From Lama guanicoe (taxonomy: Eukaryota): a stretch of 64,000 bases of DNA. The translations under genes and the position numbers were made by a program. Where the stretch lies: assembly GCA_013239625.1 (NCBI GenBank), contig MU054120.1, positions 1 through 64,000 of the forward strand, in the 5' to 3' direction. A model generated the notes under the pieces. The model saw only the letters and a list, made by a program, of their open reading frames with translations. It was not told the DNA's origin and ran no database searches. Positions 26,628 to 40,034 of this stretch are shown in pieces. Position 1 is the first letter of the stretch. Every line of letters begins with the position of its first letter.

Positions 26628-26994
26628 TTTTTTTTTAACATTTTTTATTGAGTTATAGTCATTTTACAATGTTATGTTAAATTCCAGTATACAGCACAAT
26701 TTTTCAATTATATATGAACATACATATATTCATTGTTGCATTTTTTTCGCTGTGAGCTACCATAAGATCTTGTATATATTTCCCTGTGCTATACAGTATA
26801 ATCTTGTTTATCTATTCTATGTTTTGAAATCCCAGTCTGTCCCTTTCCACCCCCCTACCCCCTTGGCAACCACAAGTTTGTATTCTATGTCTATGATTCT
26901 CTTTCAGTTTTGTATTTATGTTTTGGGTTTTTTTTAGATTCCACATATGAGCTATCTCATATGGTATTTTTCTTTCTCTTTCTGGCTTACTTCC
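26628..26994 (-). mobile_element. Young 5'-truncated L1 3' end with a perfect 13-bp TSD
   Basis: TSD tcaagcagttctt at 26615-26627 and 26995-27007; poly-T tail; close sister copy at 49532-49898. Confidence 0.93.
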
Positions 26995-27829
26995 TCAAGC
27001 AGTTCTTAATTAAGCTTATTATGTGTTTAGGAACTTCATGAGAAGCAGGGAAAAGTAGAATCATGCTTTAGCAATAAAGGGACTTAGGCTAAGAATGAAC
27101 AGTGCCAGTGAAAGTGAACAAGTGACAATGGGCAAGAGTTTTTGACCACTTCTGCTGTTTTTGAGATTGAGGATAAATAATGTAAATTAGCTTTAAAAGT
27201 CTCAAGGCAGTTATATCATAAAATTCAACCTGAGAGATTCAAGAAAGGAAATCCAGCAATGCACCTCCCAGCATGAACTGAGTCACTGAAGAAAAATGTA
27301 CTTAGTACAAAGAGAAACATGAATCATCATCAAATTATATCCAATTGTTGTTCAAATATCAACTTTTCATTCTAATCTTTGACTTTCAGAGATCTTCACT
27401 TTGCTGCTTATGAGGTGTAAAATAGGAACTGAGTATATATCATTTATTTAAAGATCATGTAAAATGCAAGATAATGTCAACACCCAATAGCTGTAAAGTT
27501 ACTGAACTGACGAAAACTTTAATCCAAAAAGCTCAAAGAATTCAGTTTCAAATCCTTTTTGTTTAATTACTATTGGAAGAAAAACTATTTTTATTTACAA
27601 ATGTCCAAATTACAAGAAAATAGGGTAGGTGACAACACAGAAGAAAATTCAGCTCTAATTAATTTTATTAAGCCTCCCTTTCTTGTAATCAGTGCTGACT
27701 ACCTTAGTCTAGTGACTTCATAAAAATGACAATCAATAGTAATGTCCTTTGAAATTAAGACAATGTAGATTTGTTAACCTTTTATTTATTCTTAAAGAAT
27801 GAAAATCCATTCTCATGAAAAATAATTTG

Positions 27830-28400
27830 TCTCCAAAAATAAAAAGAGTGCATATGATGAGAATCTAGACATACAAATGAACAAGCATGTCACAACAGGA
27901 TTTTTGAGATTATGTTTATGGATGAAATAACATATAAATTGATTATTAGAGGCCAAGACAAAGAGGTTGAAAATGTGAGAACAAAATCTCAACATGTTTA
28001 TTATAAGTGTTGTTGTAACAACACATTTCAAATGATAAGCAAATATGATCCCTATTACAAAAAAGAAATACATCAAGAGATGAATGAAAAGAAATATAAA
28101 TAAAACAAAATATAACTCTATAATTATTAAAAAAAAAAACCACCTGATGACAGGAAACTATAAGGACAGACTAATGAAAATGACTCTACAAAATTAAATT
28201 TGAAGTAACAATTTCACTAACGTGGAATATAAATAACATGAAAAGGCAGGGTATATACATAATAAGAGGAGGAGCAGGAAGAAAAATAATATATAAGAAA
28301 ACCCTCAAATTTATGCATTTCATTTCCCAAAAAAACCCCAAAAAACAAAAGAATTAGTAGATAAAGAATAACTATTAAAATGATATTTCCTCCTTATTAT
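27830..28400 (+). mobile_element. Ancient L1/HAL1 ORF1-like A-rich remnant
   Basis: A-rich coiled-coil-type text ('tctacaaaattaaattttgaagtaacaatttcact', 'agaaataactattaaaatgatatttcc'). Confidence 0.45.
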
Positions 28401-28601
28401 TTACAAAGAACCTCCAGTGATATTTGATAAATTCACTACAGGGAGCTGCTAAAGAAGTGACCTGAGGCATTCTGTTAATTTTTCTCTCTTTTAATATGGC
28501 TTGACTATTTCACATACAGTTTACCTGAACCCTGCACTTCATAGAAGAATCTTACTTCACATGAGCAAAGTGATCACATGACTCATGAAGTTGCTTTTTG
28601 T

Positions 28602-28987
28602 TGTAGCCACTCTGTAGAAGCACCATAGACCCCACCTAAAATCCGGTTCAGATGTCCAGCCCACAGATGCTCACATTTACCAACAAGAGCATGAGGACGT
28701 TTTTTATCACATAAGGAAGCTTTCTGGGAAAAAAGCCAGACTTAATAGGCTATTCTGAAAATTGTTTAAGAAAGCAGGGAAAGGAAATTGGCTTGCTGTT
28801 TTTATGAGTAGGGAGTTGAGGAGGGTCCCTGTGCCAGTGCATCTTTGAACTTTCTCCCAGGGCTAGAGGAAGGAGCACTGGGCCTTCTTATTAGCTTGCT
28901 TACATATGGAGCAGAAAGGAAAGAGGGAGAAATGGGGCTTAAAAGTTACTGGGAGTCACATATCAGAAACAGAGACAGACTGTTGCA
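28602..28987 (-). mobile_element. ERV-L-class solo LTR of the same family as the proviral LTRs at 37.0 and 40-41 kb
   Basis: TG...CA ends. Shares 'tgtagccactctgta.aagca' with 37027, plus 'gctttctggga', 'ctttgaactt' and 'ggggcttaaaag'. Confidence 0.8.
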
Positions 28988-29329
28988 CTACTAATCAGGA
29001 TACATTTTTATGAGTAATTAACATTTCTCAAGTCCCATGGTAAAATCTTTTTCATTTTCTCGTTTGAGCATCCCTAAAATGCTGGTTTTTTTTTTCCCTA
29101 TTTTACATACAAAGAAACTACTTTAAAATTCATCCAAGTGACATCAGGAATTCTAACTCACTTATATATGATGCAGTTTTGTTTTGTCTCATATTCATGT
29201 TGAAGCTTCCCGCAAGTGCTCAATGCAAAGTGACAAAAGTCTTGCCAGGGAGGACAGTGCGTCCTATTATTCTAAGTGTTCATGTATTTGTACTGACACA
29301 ACCCACAATAATGGTATTAACTCATCTTT

Positions 29330-29565
29330 TCTGAGCATTTCATATGTATTCAGGTATTATTCTAAGTTTCTTACATGGAATTTCTTATCAATAAATCTTT
29401 GTCAATCAGCAGATCCAGGAGGGAAATAGTTTGTAATCTTCATTTTACAAGTGGTGAAACTGAAGTCATTGAATGGTTAAGTAGGTTAGTTAAGATATAG
29501 AATTAGAATTAGAGAACACAGACAGTCGTTCTCCGGAATACAAGTTCTTTCACAATCCGATATTG
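29330..29565 (-). mobile_element. MIR remnant
   Basis: 'cttcattttacaagtggtgaaactgaagtcattgaatggttaagta'. Confidence 0.6.
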
Positions 29566-30314
29566 CTTCCTGACATTTCAAGCTTCTAGACGACTTTCTC
29601 CTTGCAGGCAGTTGTACAAACAAGGTTGGCTTCAGTCTGTGTGACTCTATCTGGTACCACTATAGTTCTCCCTTCTGTTTTGTGTCATCTCCCTAACTTC
29701 AAACCTCAAGTACAGGTGGAATGTGCCTGTTCCCCTTCTATAACCACGAGAAAAACAGCACCACCAAAAATGATTAAAGTTACATTTCTGTATAATAAAC
29801 CTAAGGAATATAAAACTGTGACACAGTAACCAAAGGAAAAGTCTTATCACTCAAAAATAAAAGAATACTCTAAAAGTCAGTGTATTTTTATTTATTTGCT
29901 CTAATTCAGGGAATTGGATTTTTCATCAATTCTCACAGCAGATATTTGTAATAGGTAGAAGAAAGAGAGTAGTCCACATTCCCTTTTTTCTAACAGTGAG
30001 TAAGCAGTTAGAGAAGACAATTATCACTTAGCTCCCCCAATTTTTAGTCCCCTTCCTTAACACGTTTTGCTTGGCAACAATTGCTAGATAAAAATGTGTT
30101 CCCGGCTATCATTTCATGTATTTGCAAAAAAGATGCATATAAGTATACACATATTTCCTACATGGTACATTTATTTTTGTCTCCCTATAGTTACATGTTT
30201 ACCTGAACTGTATGTGTGAAGTAGTTTTAGTTTCTCAGTCACCATTTTTGAGGCAAACTTATGAGAGTGTCTGTTCTTTTTTATGTCTTGAATTCCTTAG
30301 ATCAGTGCATATGA

Positions 30315-30488
30315 TCTTCCTCTCTCCCTCCCTTCCTTCATCCTTCTCCTCTCCCCCTCAACCCTCCTTTCTTTCCTTTGTCTTTCTCCTTCTTTCTCCT
30401 TTCCTTTCTTCCTCTCCTTCTCTCCCTTCTCTCTCCCTTTCTTCCCTTCTTCTTTATTTTTCCCTTGAGGAAACTGTTTTTTTTTTTA
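30315..30488. repeat. CT-rich low-complexity polypyrimidine tract
   Basis: Read directly; it explains the S/L/F-rich and K/R/E-rich ORFs in this region. Confidence 0.9.
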
Positions 30489-30864
30489 AATAAAATGCTA
30501 TTGCCAACAAATCCAATATGTTTAATAAATAAAGTAACACTTCTATTAATTAGTGGAGGGAGAAGGCTGGAGCTTTCCCCTTCAGTGCCCCCTGCTCCCT
30601 GCACATATCCCCAGGCCATTTGAATTAAAACAATTGGTGAACAATCTACATAAATATCATAATCAGAGCTTTAATAATTTCACAGGTACTCATATTTTGC
30701 TGTCTAGGTATTAATAATCTAGTAGAAAAATATATCTCTTAAATGGTTCTTCTACTTGCTTCACAAAGTTGTCAGGAGCATTAAGCTGTAGACTTTTAGG
30801 GAAGATGCCTTAGAAGTTAATCAGTCCAATTCTCCACCAGGGGATTCTCAATGCACAGCATTTA

Positions 30865-31381
30865 TTGTATTTTTATTGAAGTACAGTCAGTTACAATGTG
30901 CCAGTTTCTGGTGTACAGCATAATGTCAGTCATACATATATATGCATTCCTTTTTAAATTCTTTTTCATTATAGGTTACTACAAGATATTGAATATAGTT
31001 CCCTGTGATATACAGAAGAAATTTGCTTTTTAATTTATATATATAGTAGTTAGTATTTGCAAATCTCAAACTCCCAATTTATCCCTTCCCATTCCCTTTC
31101 CCCCTAGTAAGCATAAATTTGTTTACTATGTCTGTGAGTCTGTTTCTGTTTTGTGGGTAAGTTCATTGGTGCATTCTTTTTTCTTTTCTTTTTTCTTAGA
31201 TTCCGCATATGAGTGATATCATATGGTATTTTTCTTTCTCTTTCTGGCTTACTTCACTTGAATGACAATCTTCAGATCCATCCATATTGCTGGAAATGGT
31301 GTTATTTTATTTTGTTTATGGCTGAGTAGTATTCCATTGTAGAAATGTCCCACAGCTTCTTTACCCAGTCCTCTGTTGATG
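30865..31381 (-). mobile_element. 5'-truncated L1 3' end with a 14-bp TSD
   Basis: TSD atgcacagcattta at 30851-30864 and 31386-31399; 'tttttattgaagtacagtcagttacaatg...ggctgagtagtattccattg'. Confidence 0.93.
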
Positions 31382-33589
31382 TTCTATGCACAGCATTTAG
31401 ATGTAAGTCATATCAGTCTGAAAAGCTCTACTTTTGATAATATTATTCTTTATGTCATTAAGAATTTTTCAAAAATATATATTTAAAATATATATTTAAT
31501 AAATGCATAGGGCTCTACAACTGTAAGATATCATCACTCCATTATGTCAGGTATCATAGTGGATATGAAAATGAATATGAGAAAATCCCTGTGTCTAGAA
31601 GCTTGCAAAGTTTTGTGGGGAGGAAGCTTATGAACATGAAAACAGCTAAAGGGCAGACAAGAAATATAACCTATACCATAAAGAATAAAAATTACTTATG
31701 TGTTCAAAAGTATATTTCACATCCAATTGAGAAAATCAGGAACAATTTTGTAAAACTGAAGTGTACATTGGCTGCTGAGTAAAGTTTTTCTAGGAACTGA
31801 AGTGCCTGGTGGTACAAAGCATCATTTCAGTGAAAGTATGGAGATGTATATCTAAATTGAGGCATGTTGAGAAACCAAATGTAAAGTATTCACCAAAAGT
31901 CTGAATTAATCATTTTCAGTGCAAATCTAATACCACGGGCATTGTAGACACATAAAGACTTGGGTTCAAATCCCAATTTAGCTAATTACCATGTAACACG
32001 GACAAGGAACTTACCACTACTGTTTTCTCCTAAAAATAAAGCATAGGCTACAATTAGCCCACTGGGAAACTAGGAAATTAGTATGAACAAACTACCTGTT
32101 GGTTATTACCATAAACTTTATGATTAATAATGATGTGAATTATTGTTAATAATAGTCTGTCTTTGGCTAGATGAAACTGTAGTGAAATAACAGATTTTAT
32201 TTTTTTTGTTTATTTTTGTCAGTGTAACTGATGTTAATTTTCCTTTTAAAGGTTCATGAAGCACTAGCCACCAATTCCTCTTAAATTTTGAGAAACATTA
32301 GGATAAAGACGAATTTTAAGTCAACATCTGTCAACCCCAAAATCATCATTGTAATAACCTTGCAAATGCGTATAATCTAACTTTTATTTTCTTAATCATG
32401 TCTTCAAAAGTTAAAATTAAATTTACCAACAGTTGTATTTCTCATTTATAATAAATTCAAGTGACATACAATGGCAAAATTTATCTAGGGGTGGCATGAG
32501 TCCTACAGTTGCAAATGTCAGTCTTACAATTCAATAAGACTATACATTCATTCTACAAGTATCCCACTGAGTGTATAGAATGGACCATGAGTTGTGTTAA
32601 GTACTGGAAGCTGAGAGACGAAGAAGTCAGTTTTTATCACTAAAGAACCTCAGAGACAGTAAACTGAAAATTATGATAAGGGCTTTAATAGTAGTATTAA
32701 CATGTGATGTAGAAGGACGTGGGCACAATTTTTCTAGGTTTGATAATAGCTGATATTTATTGGCATTGTATAACAATGCGGTGCTTTTCAGATGTCACCT
32801 TTTCAGGTGACAATCGTATTAAGCCTTATAATAACTTTACTTCAATTTAAAATAAGGAACTAAAAAATATGCAGATGATATTAGTAATTAGTAATGCTTT
32901 CACCTCCCACCATCTACCATTTTTCTCCTCGCCTTTGATGATGAACCAATGAGGCAAAATATGTTATGCTTATGAGAATCCTCATTTGGAAACTAATGCA
33001 CTTGCAATGAGACCGTTCGATAGAAATGCTGGTTACTTTTATTCAAGCTTAAGATAGTTTTAAAACATTTGTACCGTTGGCTCTGATCTGAACTCAACTA
33101 TTAGAAAGTGTTTACTATGGGTAGTGAACTGGTGTACTGATTGATGTGAGGAATTCGAAGCTGAATAAACCATCACCCATGGCGCACAGTATGATTTATA
33201 GACATGTCTGCAACAAGATAACTAGAAGGAATATAATACTCTGCAATAAAGTTAAAGATGTTCCATGATATATTTACGGATAAGGGATGGATTATTCCAA
33301 ATGAGGATCTTAGGAAATTTTCATGGAGAAGCAGACCTTCAAATAGAATTTCCCACGGGTGTGAATAGTCTATGCACATGGCATGAATGAAGACAAATAT
33401 ACTATGATCTTATTAGTAAAAATCTATCAGAAGAAAACTATAAGTAGAAAAAAATTAGCAATGGTATTTTATTTTATTCAGAATATATATTTTCATGGAT
33501 ATAATTATGTTATAATTTTATAAGTAAAAGAAAAAGCTCTAAATGCACACAAACTTATACACACATATACACACAGAATAATACTTATT

Positions 33590-33682
33590 AAGTTATATGT
33601 ATATGTATAACTGAATCACTTGCTGTACACCTGAAACCAACGTTGTAAATTAACTACACTTCAATAAAATTTTTTAAAAAGA
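33590..33682 (+). mobile_element. L1 extreme 3' tip
   Basis: 'tatgtataactgaatcacttgctgtacacctgaaaccaacgttgtaaattaactacacttcaataaaa'. Confidence 0.8.
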
Positions 33683-34591
33683 ATGTTACCAAAAAGATAA
33701 GCCAAAAACGTATAACATATTATTACATACCATCATAACAGGAAAAAAATAATTTTTATTCTCTAAGAAATCAGAAATAAGTTAAATAAAGAGTAGGTAT
33801 TAGACATGGGTAACTTAATAAACATAGCCATATTTGAAAGTATTTCATTAGGTATTTGTTTCTGATCAACTAGTTTGTCTTGCAGTATACAGGTATGCAG
33901 TATACAAGACTGTCTAATAACAAAATTTTCTTTGGCTCTGGTTCTTAATAATAATCTTAAATTCTCAGGGAACTAAAAATACACTAGTATCTAATGTATC
34001 CATAATTATTTTTGGAGAACAATGGTGTTACAAACTGCAAGTTACTCCTTCTAACTCTAATTTACAGTTCTACATTTGTCTGAAATGTCATATTTTTCTG
34101 TTTAGTCACCCAAACATCAATGATGGGAAAATATGATTACTAAAAATATTTCACTCATAACATACTCTGAAGCAATCTACTACATACCAGTATATGTAAG
34201 TTAAACAGTTGGTTAAAGCCAGCTGATATCATGTAAAGTAGAAAAATTCTAACTGGGTATTTTTCATTGAATAGGACTTTATCGACTATCTTAAGTGTGT
34301 AGGTCATATAGTTTTTTTTAATATAAAAACATTATTTTTTCCTCAAGAATCATGCTGTATAATATTCATTTTACAAAAATTAATTTTACTTCCTAGCCGC
34401 CAATCTAGACAATCTGCAGGTAACTAAGAATGTTTAAAACACTTTCAAGTTGTCTAGTTTCCTAAAGATTTATAGTCACAGAAAAATAAGAAAAATAAAA
34501 TATTTATCTTTATAAATTTCCTCAATAAATGATAAATATTAAACAGCAAAAAAATTTTCAAAAGTCAAAAATTCATATTAGTATAGAAGAT

Positions 34592-35338
34592 ACTTAAAAA
34601 GTTAAAAAAGGAAGTACCATATGACCTGGAAATACCACTTCTGGGAGTATGTCCAAAGGAAAGAAAAATACTAATTCAAAAAGGTATTTGTACCCTCATA
34701 TTCATGGCAGCATTATTTACAAGAGCCGAGACATGGAAGCAACCTAAGTGTCCATCAATGGATGAATGGGTAAATAAGTTGAATAGATAAATATATTCAG
34801 CCATACAAAAGGAGATCCTACCATTTGCAACAACATGGATGGACCTTGAAGGCATTATGCTAAGTGAAACAAGTCAGACAAAGACCAGTACTGCATGTTC
34901 TCACTTACACGTGGAATCTAAAACAAACAGACAAAATAAAATCATAGAAAAAGAGTTCAGACATGTGGCAGAGGGTGAGAGGAGGGTGAATTTGAGGAAG
35001 ATAGTCAAAAGGTACCAATTACCAGTTATAAGATAAGTGAGTACTAGAGATAGAATGTACAATGTGGTGACTACGGTTAACGCCACTGCATGGCATATAG
35101 GAAAGTTGTTAAGAGAGTGAATCCTAAGAGTTGTCATCACAAGGAAAGTTTTTTTCTCTTTTTTTCTTTTTTCTTTTCTCCTCTCTTTTGTTTGTATTGT
35201 ATCTATATGAGATGATGAATGTTAACTGAATTTACTGTGATAATATTTTCTCACTATATACAAATCAAACCATCGTGCTGAATACCTTAAACTCATACAG
35301 TGATGTATGTCAATTACTTCTGAATAAAACTAGAAAGA
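34592..35338 (+). mobile_element. L1 ORF2 end and 3'UTR (L1MA/L1MB-like)
   Basis: 'MDLEGIMLSETSQ' ORF (34839); 'ggaagcaacctaagtgtccatcaatggatgaatgg'; ends 'gtcaattacttctgaataaaactagaaa'. Confidence 0.9.
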
Positions 35339-37026
35339 AGTCCATGTTAAAAGTTTCAATGTATAAACAATATCCTTGATTGTATATTTTTAAAGCATCT
35401 TATATTATGATTGGAGAGTGGAATCCAGTTGAATTCACGGTGGTTAAATGCCTATTCATTGAAATAACGACTGCTAATATTTTAAAATTTTTATTGAAAG
35501 AGATCAAAATGTCTTGGGTACATATAGGGAATTTTGAAGAGAAAAGAGATCTCCTTGGAGACAAAGATTATATGTTCTCAACACTTCTCCCTGAGATTCT
35601 AAATTATTATAACCTGGCTGTGGTGGAAGGATAATAAGCTCATATAATTAAGAAAACAAATCATTCTGGGAGGAGAAAGAGACAGGCCCGATAGCACTAG
35701 TACTGCATGGGGTAGGAAACAGATGGTGATTCTGGGTTAGAGACCTCACCTCGCCCAGTTAGTGGACAGACTTTTGTCTGAAAATGTGACCATGTGGGTA
35801 AATGCAGAGTTTGTTTTCAATGTTAGGAATTTAAGTCAGTTTGGGAATGGGATGCCACTTGGCTGAACATCATCCTGAAGCAGAGAGATCATTTTATTTC
35901 ACATCTTGAAATGTACCTGTAGTCTGAGCATCATTGACACTGGAGGTGGGGGACTGGCCTGTGCTGGAAGCCTGCCCAAGAACTTCATCTTGCAACATGG
36001 ATACAATTCCAACAGATGCTGCAATGTAAGAGCATGGCCAGCAGTCCTGCAGCAAGCAAATGCCTTCAGTCTGCATGGGTTTCAGCTGTCCAAACTTGGC
36101 TGTAGTACAGGAGATTTAATGACACTTCAAAGAACTCATTCTAGGATAAGCTGCTTCTAGGAATAACTGAGGAATCCTTTTAGTTCATGTGAGTTCCTTT
36201 CTTAGCGTGGTGAGGCAAATAAAAGCAGGACCATTTTTTCAGACATTATTAAGCGCCCACACATTCCCGGACATAGTAGGGGAAGAGAGACATAACTGGA
36301 AAATGATACTGATCACTGCACTTCAAGACCCTTGGGTTCCTTGGGTGGTGGAGGTGGAGTGTTATCTTCACCCTGATCTATGAATCAAAACGTTCTAGTT
36401 GCTGCTAAAAACTGGCTTTCACCTTATAGGCTTCATTTTGTTTTCTCCATTGTAAAAAGCAATTTCATTTGACTCTTTTGTTTCTCTTCTTTCTTCCTAG
36501 CAACTCCCCATGGGTACCAGTTGATTAGCAGTTAACTGGTAGATGGAAATGATTCTAAAGATAGACATGCAGATGATATGATTACTAAGGGTCAGAATTT
36601 TATTAATAGAAGTGATTGTTATGCAAGTATCATTTGTACTCATTACAGTAATTGGAAAGAAAAAAAAATGAATGCTTCCAAAGTTTTTAATAATGCACTT
36701 GGAACCAAAGTAAGCAGTAAAATAAAAATCAACCACTTTAATAATGTAGAAGAGGACACTAGCAAACTTTCTTCTCTTCCAAGCATTTTTTTCATAGTTC
36801 TGCACAGGGATAACAACACTCTGTTCTTAAATATCTTATTTTACCCCTTAGGGTAAAAATACTCATCTGTAATAACAATCAGTGCTTCCGTAACATGGGA
36901 ACCTTTGTAATTGTCACTGTGATTGGATAAACTTTGTGGTTTCTGCCTTGAATATTTCTGAGGATGTTGATTTTCTTCTCTGCACTGTCTGATAAAAGAA
37001 TGACACTTTACGCACCATGTTTCCAT

Positions 37027-37415
37027 TGTAGCCACTCTGTAAAAGCAGGTTCGATCAACCTAATTAAAATTTGGCTCACAGGTCAAGATGCCAGCAGATG
37101 CCACGTATTTAACCAATAGGGTATTAAAAGCATTATTAATGACAGAAGTCTTTCTGAGAAGAGCAGAGTGGCATTCAAAGCTGGCCTGAAAATGACTTCA
37201 GACAGTAGGGAAGCATCTTCTGTGGTGATGAGGGTGGGCCTGGCGTGAGGTTTCCCACTTGCATGCTTTGAACTTGCTACTGGGGCCAAAGGAGAGAGCA
37301 GCCTGGCTATCTGATAAAATTGATCAACTGGAGAGCAGAGGGGGAACGGGGAGCGACGAGGCTTGAAAGCTGTCAGCCATCAGACATCAAAAATGGAGTT
37401 AGACTCTTTATTGCA
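37027..37415 (-). mobile_element. ERV-L-class LTR in the 3'-LTR position of the provirus (MER21/MER68/MER77-like; family unverified)
   Basis: TG...CA. The terminal 'ggcttgaaagctgtcagccatcagacatcaaaaatggagttagactctttattgca' matches ~40948-41002. Confidence 0.82.
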
Positions 37416-39670
37416 ATTAATCCTGATGTTTGATGACTATAGTGTGCCAGGCTTCATTTAACTGAATTTGAATGTAAGATACATTGTTGCGCTGTGAGTC
37501 CTGTAGCCCAGTGCTGGCAAGGAAGGTAACAGGTCCTTTGCATGTCTTGCTTAACAGCCCAATAATATCTATTTTAAGAAGTAAAATGAGTGCACTGGTC
37601 CCTCTCAATAATATCTAAACTCAGAAGGGGTTGAGGAATATATTGAAGAGGCCTTGCATAGTGGTTTTTGTATGGGTAGAGATACATGTGACCTTGAATT
37701 ATATTTTGAGTATCTGTGAGGCAAGGGTTTCTAAGAACTTTTTATCCCAAAGGCAGCAGTATTGGATAATGAATTGTTGCTGCCATTGGCTGGATCAGGG
37801 AGCCAGACCACTGACAATGGCCAGAGTCTATAAAACCATACAGATGGGGCAGGCCAATCTGGTGCTAAGATTACTGACTGAAGTTCAGGCACTTGTGCTA
37901 GCCCTTGGGTTCCATTACTGATTAGAGATATCCTGGCTAAGGGATAAGAACTTCAGGAGCTCTCCAGCAAGCTCCATCACATATGAGGATATTGCTGCCA
38001 TACTTAAAGTCTAAAACTCCCTTTGGTATTCAGTCAGTTAATTCCAAGAGGCACTCCAGTTAGAAGGGTGGGAGAGAGAGAGACCACCTATAGCACCACG
38101 CATCTGACAATGGACTGGAGACAAGGGAGGTCATGCCCACTGCAGCCAGGATATGTTAGAGAACCCAGATTTAGCTCTGTCTTGTAGGTACATTTTTCAT
38201 CTTATCAAGGAGAACTTAGTGGCTGAACCAAGGTTGCAGGATGCTGCTTTCATGACCAGAGGCATAATGCACAGCTGGATATGGAGCACCCTAGGCTTAG
38301 AGCCTACGTGAGCTCAATATGCAGCTAACAACTGATGCCCTAATGGTGTGTAGTGCAGAAGTTGATGGGCACTTTATGCTCCAGAAGTCCAAGGGAAATT
38401 TGTTGACATCATGATTGATCCAGTTACTCCAGGAGGTATAAGAAGAGGTTGTTGGAGCTTCTATGGTGAAGGAATGTTTGGGAGACAGTAAAGGAGTGCC
38501 TACTGTATTGCAATTTGAATGGATTCTAGATTCTTTTCTAGTAAAGTACTCCATTCAAAGTGCACCAATTTGCAAGTAGCTGTGTAAATGGATTTAAGTA
38601 AAATTTAAAATCAAGAAGATACTGCTTTCAAAACACAAAAAAGCATAAAAGATGTTCAGCTCATGTTAACATCACTGGTGCTGAGCAGGTCAATATTTGT
38701 TTCTTAATAGAGTCAGTGACAGAGCAACTCCTGACTAATCAAATGATTTGGGGGAAATTAATCAAGATGGTGGGGCCTTGTACTATGGGTAGGTCAATGG
38801 CCCATCCCCTCTGGTAATGCTCCTGTGTTAGTTTTGTATGTCTTGAATGAGTTTGTCAAATGAATCTCCTTGGAGAATGATGTCATTGATGTGATGTCAT
38901 ACCCGTGCTCCTGATGAAAGTTAAAGGGAGTTAAATTCTGTAATGTAAAGATTGTGTGAGTTGGTAAGGCTGTTGAGATACTCCAAGCACAGTTAGGTAA
39001 AAATTCATCATGTTTCTTTGAAGTTAAAGCAAACTACAGTCAAGAGGCTGTTAAAATAGGCACTGAATAGAACATATTAGCCAAATCTATGACTGCAAAG
39101 AGTTTATTATTTTCTGGTTGGAAAGAGTTAGGAATTTCAGTAATATTTAAAATTAATGACTTCATGGGGGAAACCACACTATAAAGGTTGCTGAAATCCA
39201 CATGGAAACTGCATTCATTCTTTCCAACTTAAAGATCAGGCCAAATTATGCTGTATTGGAGAAATGGTGGGGAAGATCTCTCCTTATCAAAATGAGTTTT
39301 GTATAATGGGTTTCAATCCTTGGAGGCCAGTTTTAATTTCTGTTGAATCATATTAACTATTTTAATTGGGTGGGAATAAGGGGAAGTCTATGGCAGATCC
39401 CATTTTTGTCATGTTGATTGTCATGTGCCAGAATAATAATTTAAATGTGTTACTCATTGGGTCAAAATGATCATGCCCTCTATGGAATGTTTTAGGGCAA
39501 CAGGTGTGGTGACCTTGGGGTATTTTAGGCAAGGCAACAGCTACAATAGTTGAGACTTTCATATTTGATAACATCTCCGAGAGATTAGGAGTAACATTTA
39601 AATTTAGTTAAATCCAAAGTATGAATGTAACTTGAGCATCACAATCAATTAAGGCTATTGCAAAGAATAT
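37416..39670 (-). pseudogene. pol: Degenerate class III ERV (ERV-L-like) pro-pol: protease, RT, RNase H, truncated integrase
   Basis: Manual minus-strand translation gives IALIDCDAQVTF (~39660-39620, protease LDTGA-like); FAVIDLANMFYSVPI (~39100-39055); HHINDIILQG (~38897-38868, YIDD-like); GWAIDLPIVQGP (~38807-38772); PLDFWS...YTPLGHQLLAAY* (~38400-38310); FKYGS and AQVPELQSVILA (RNase H, ~38010-37860); HQTSGL (integrase, ~37435-37418). Many stops and frameshifts. Confidence 0.9.
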
Positions 39671-40034
39671 CAGTATTTCCTCCAAGTTCTCTGTAGCAAG
39701 GGGGCTTGTGTCTGGTTTAGACACATAACCAGGAGTCACAGGGTAAGCATTGTTGTCCTGAGCCTAGAATCAGTCATGGCTTATACTGAAATTGAGACAC
39801 ATGATTCAATCCAAGACACAAAGATAGCCTGGGCCAAGACACTCAACTCAGGTCCACTTTAAGGAGGGCTAGGTCCCATACTCCTATCCTTTAATGTCAA
39901 TTATTGAAACTTCAAACATGGTTTGTTAATCTATAAGAGGCTCAGTAGGACTCACAAATCCAGCACAGGGAAGTACAGCTCAAAGAGCATGGTAGTGATC
40001 ATTGCCTGGATAAACTGCTTATAGTGTCAACTGT

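Noticed and set aside
37416..39670. Possible non-retroviral endogenous viral element or intact domesticated pol/env gene
   Set aside because: The motifs are ERV-L pro-pol with decayed catalytic residues and many stops. No env-like sequence was seen.
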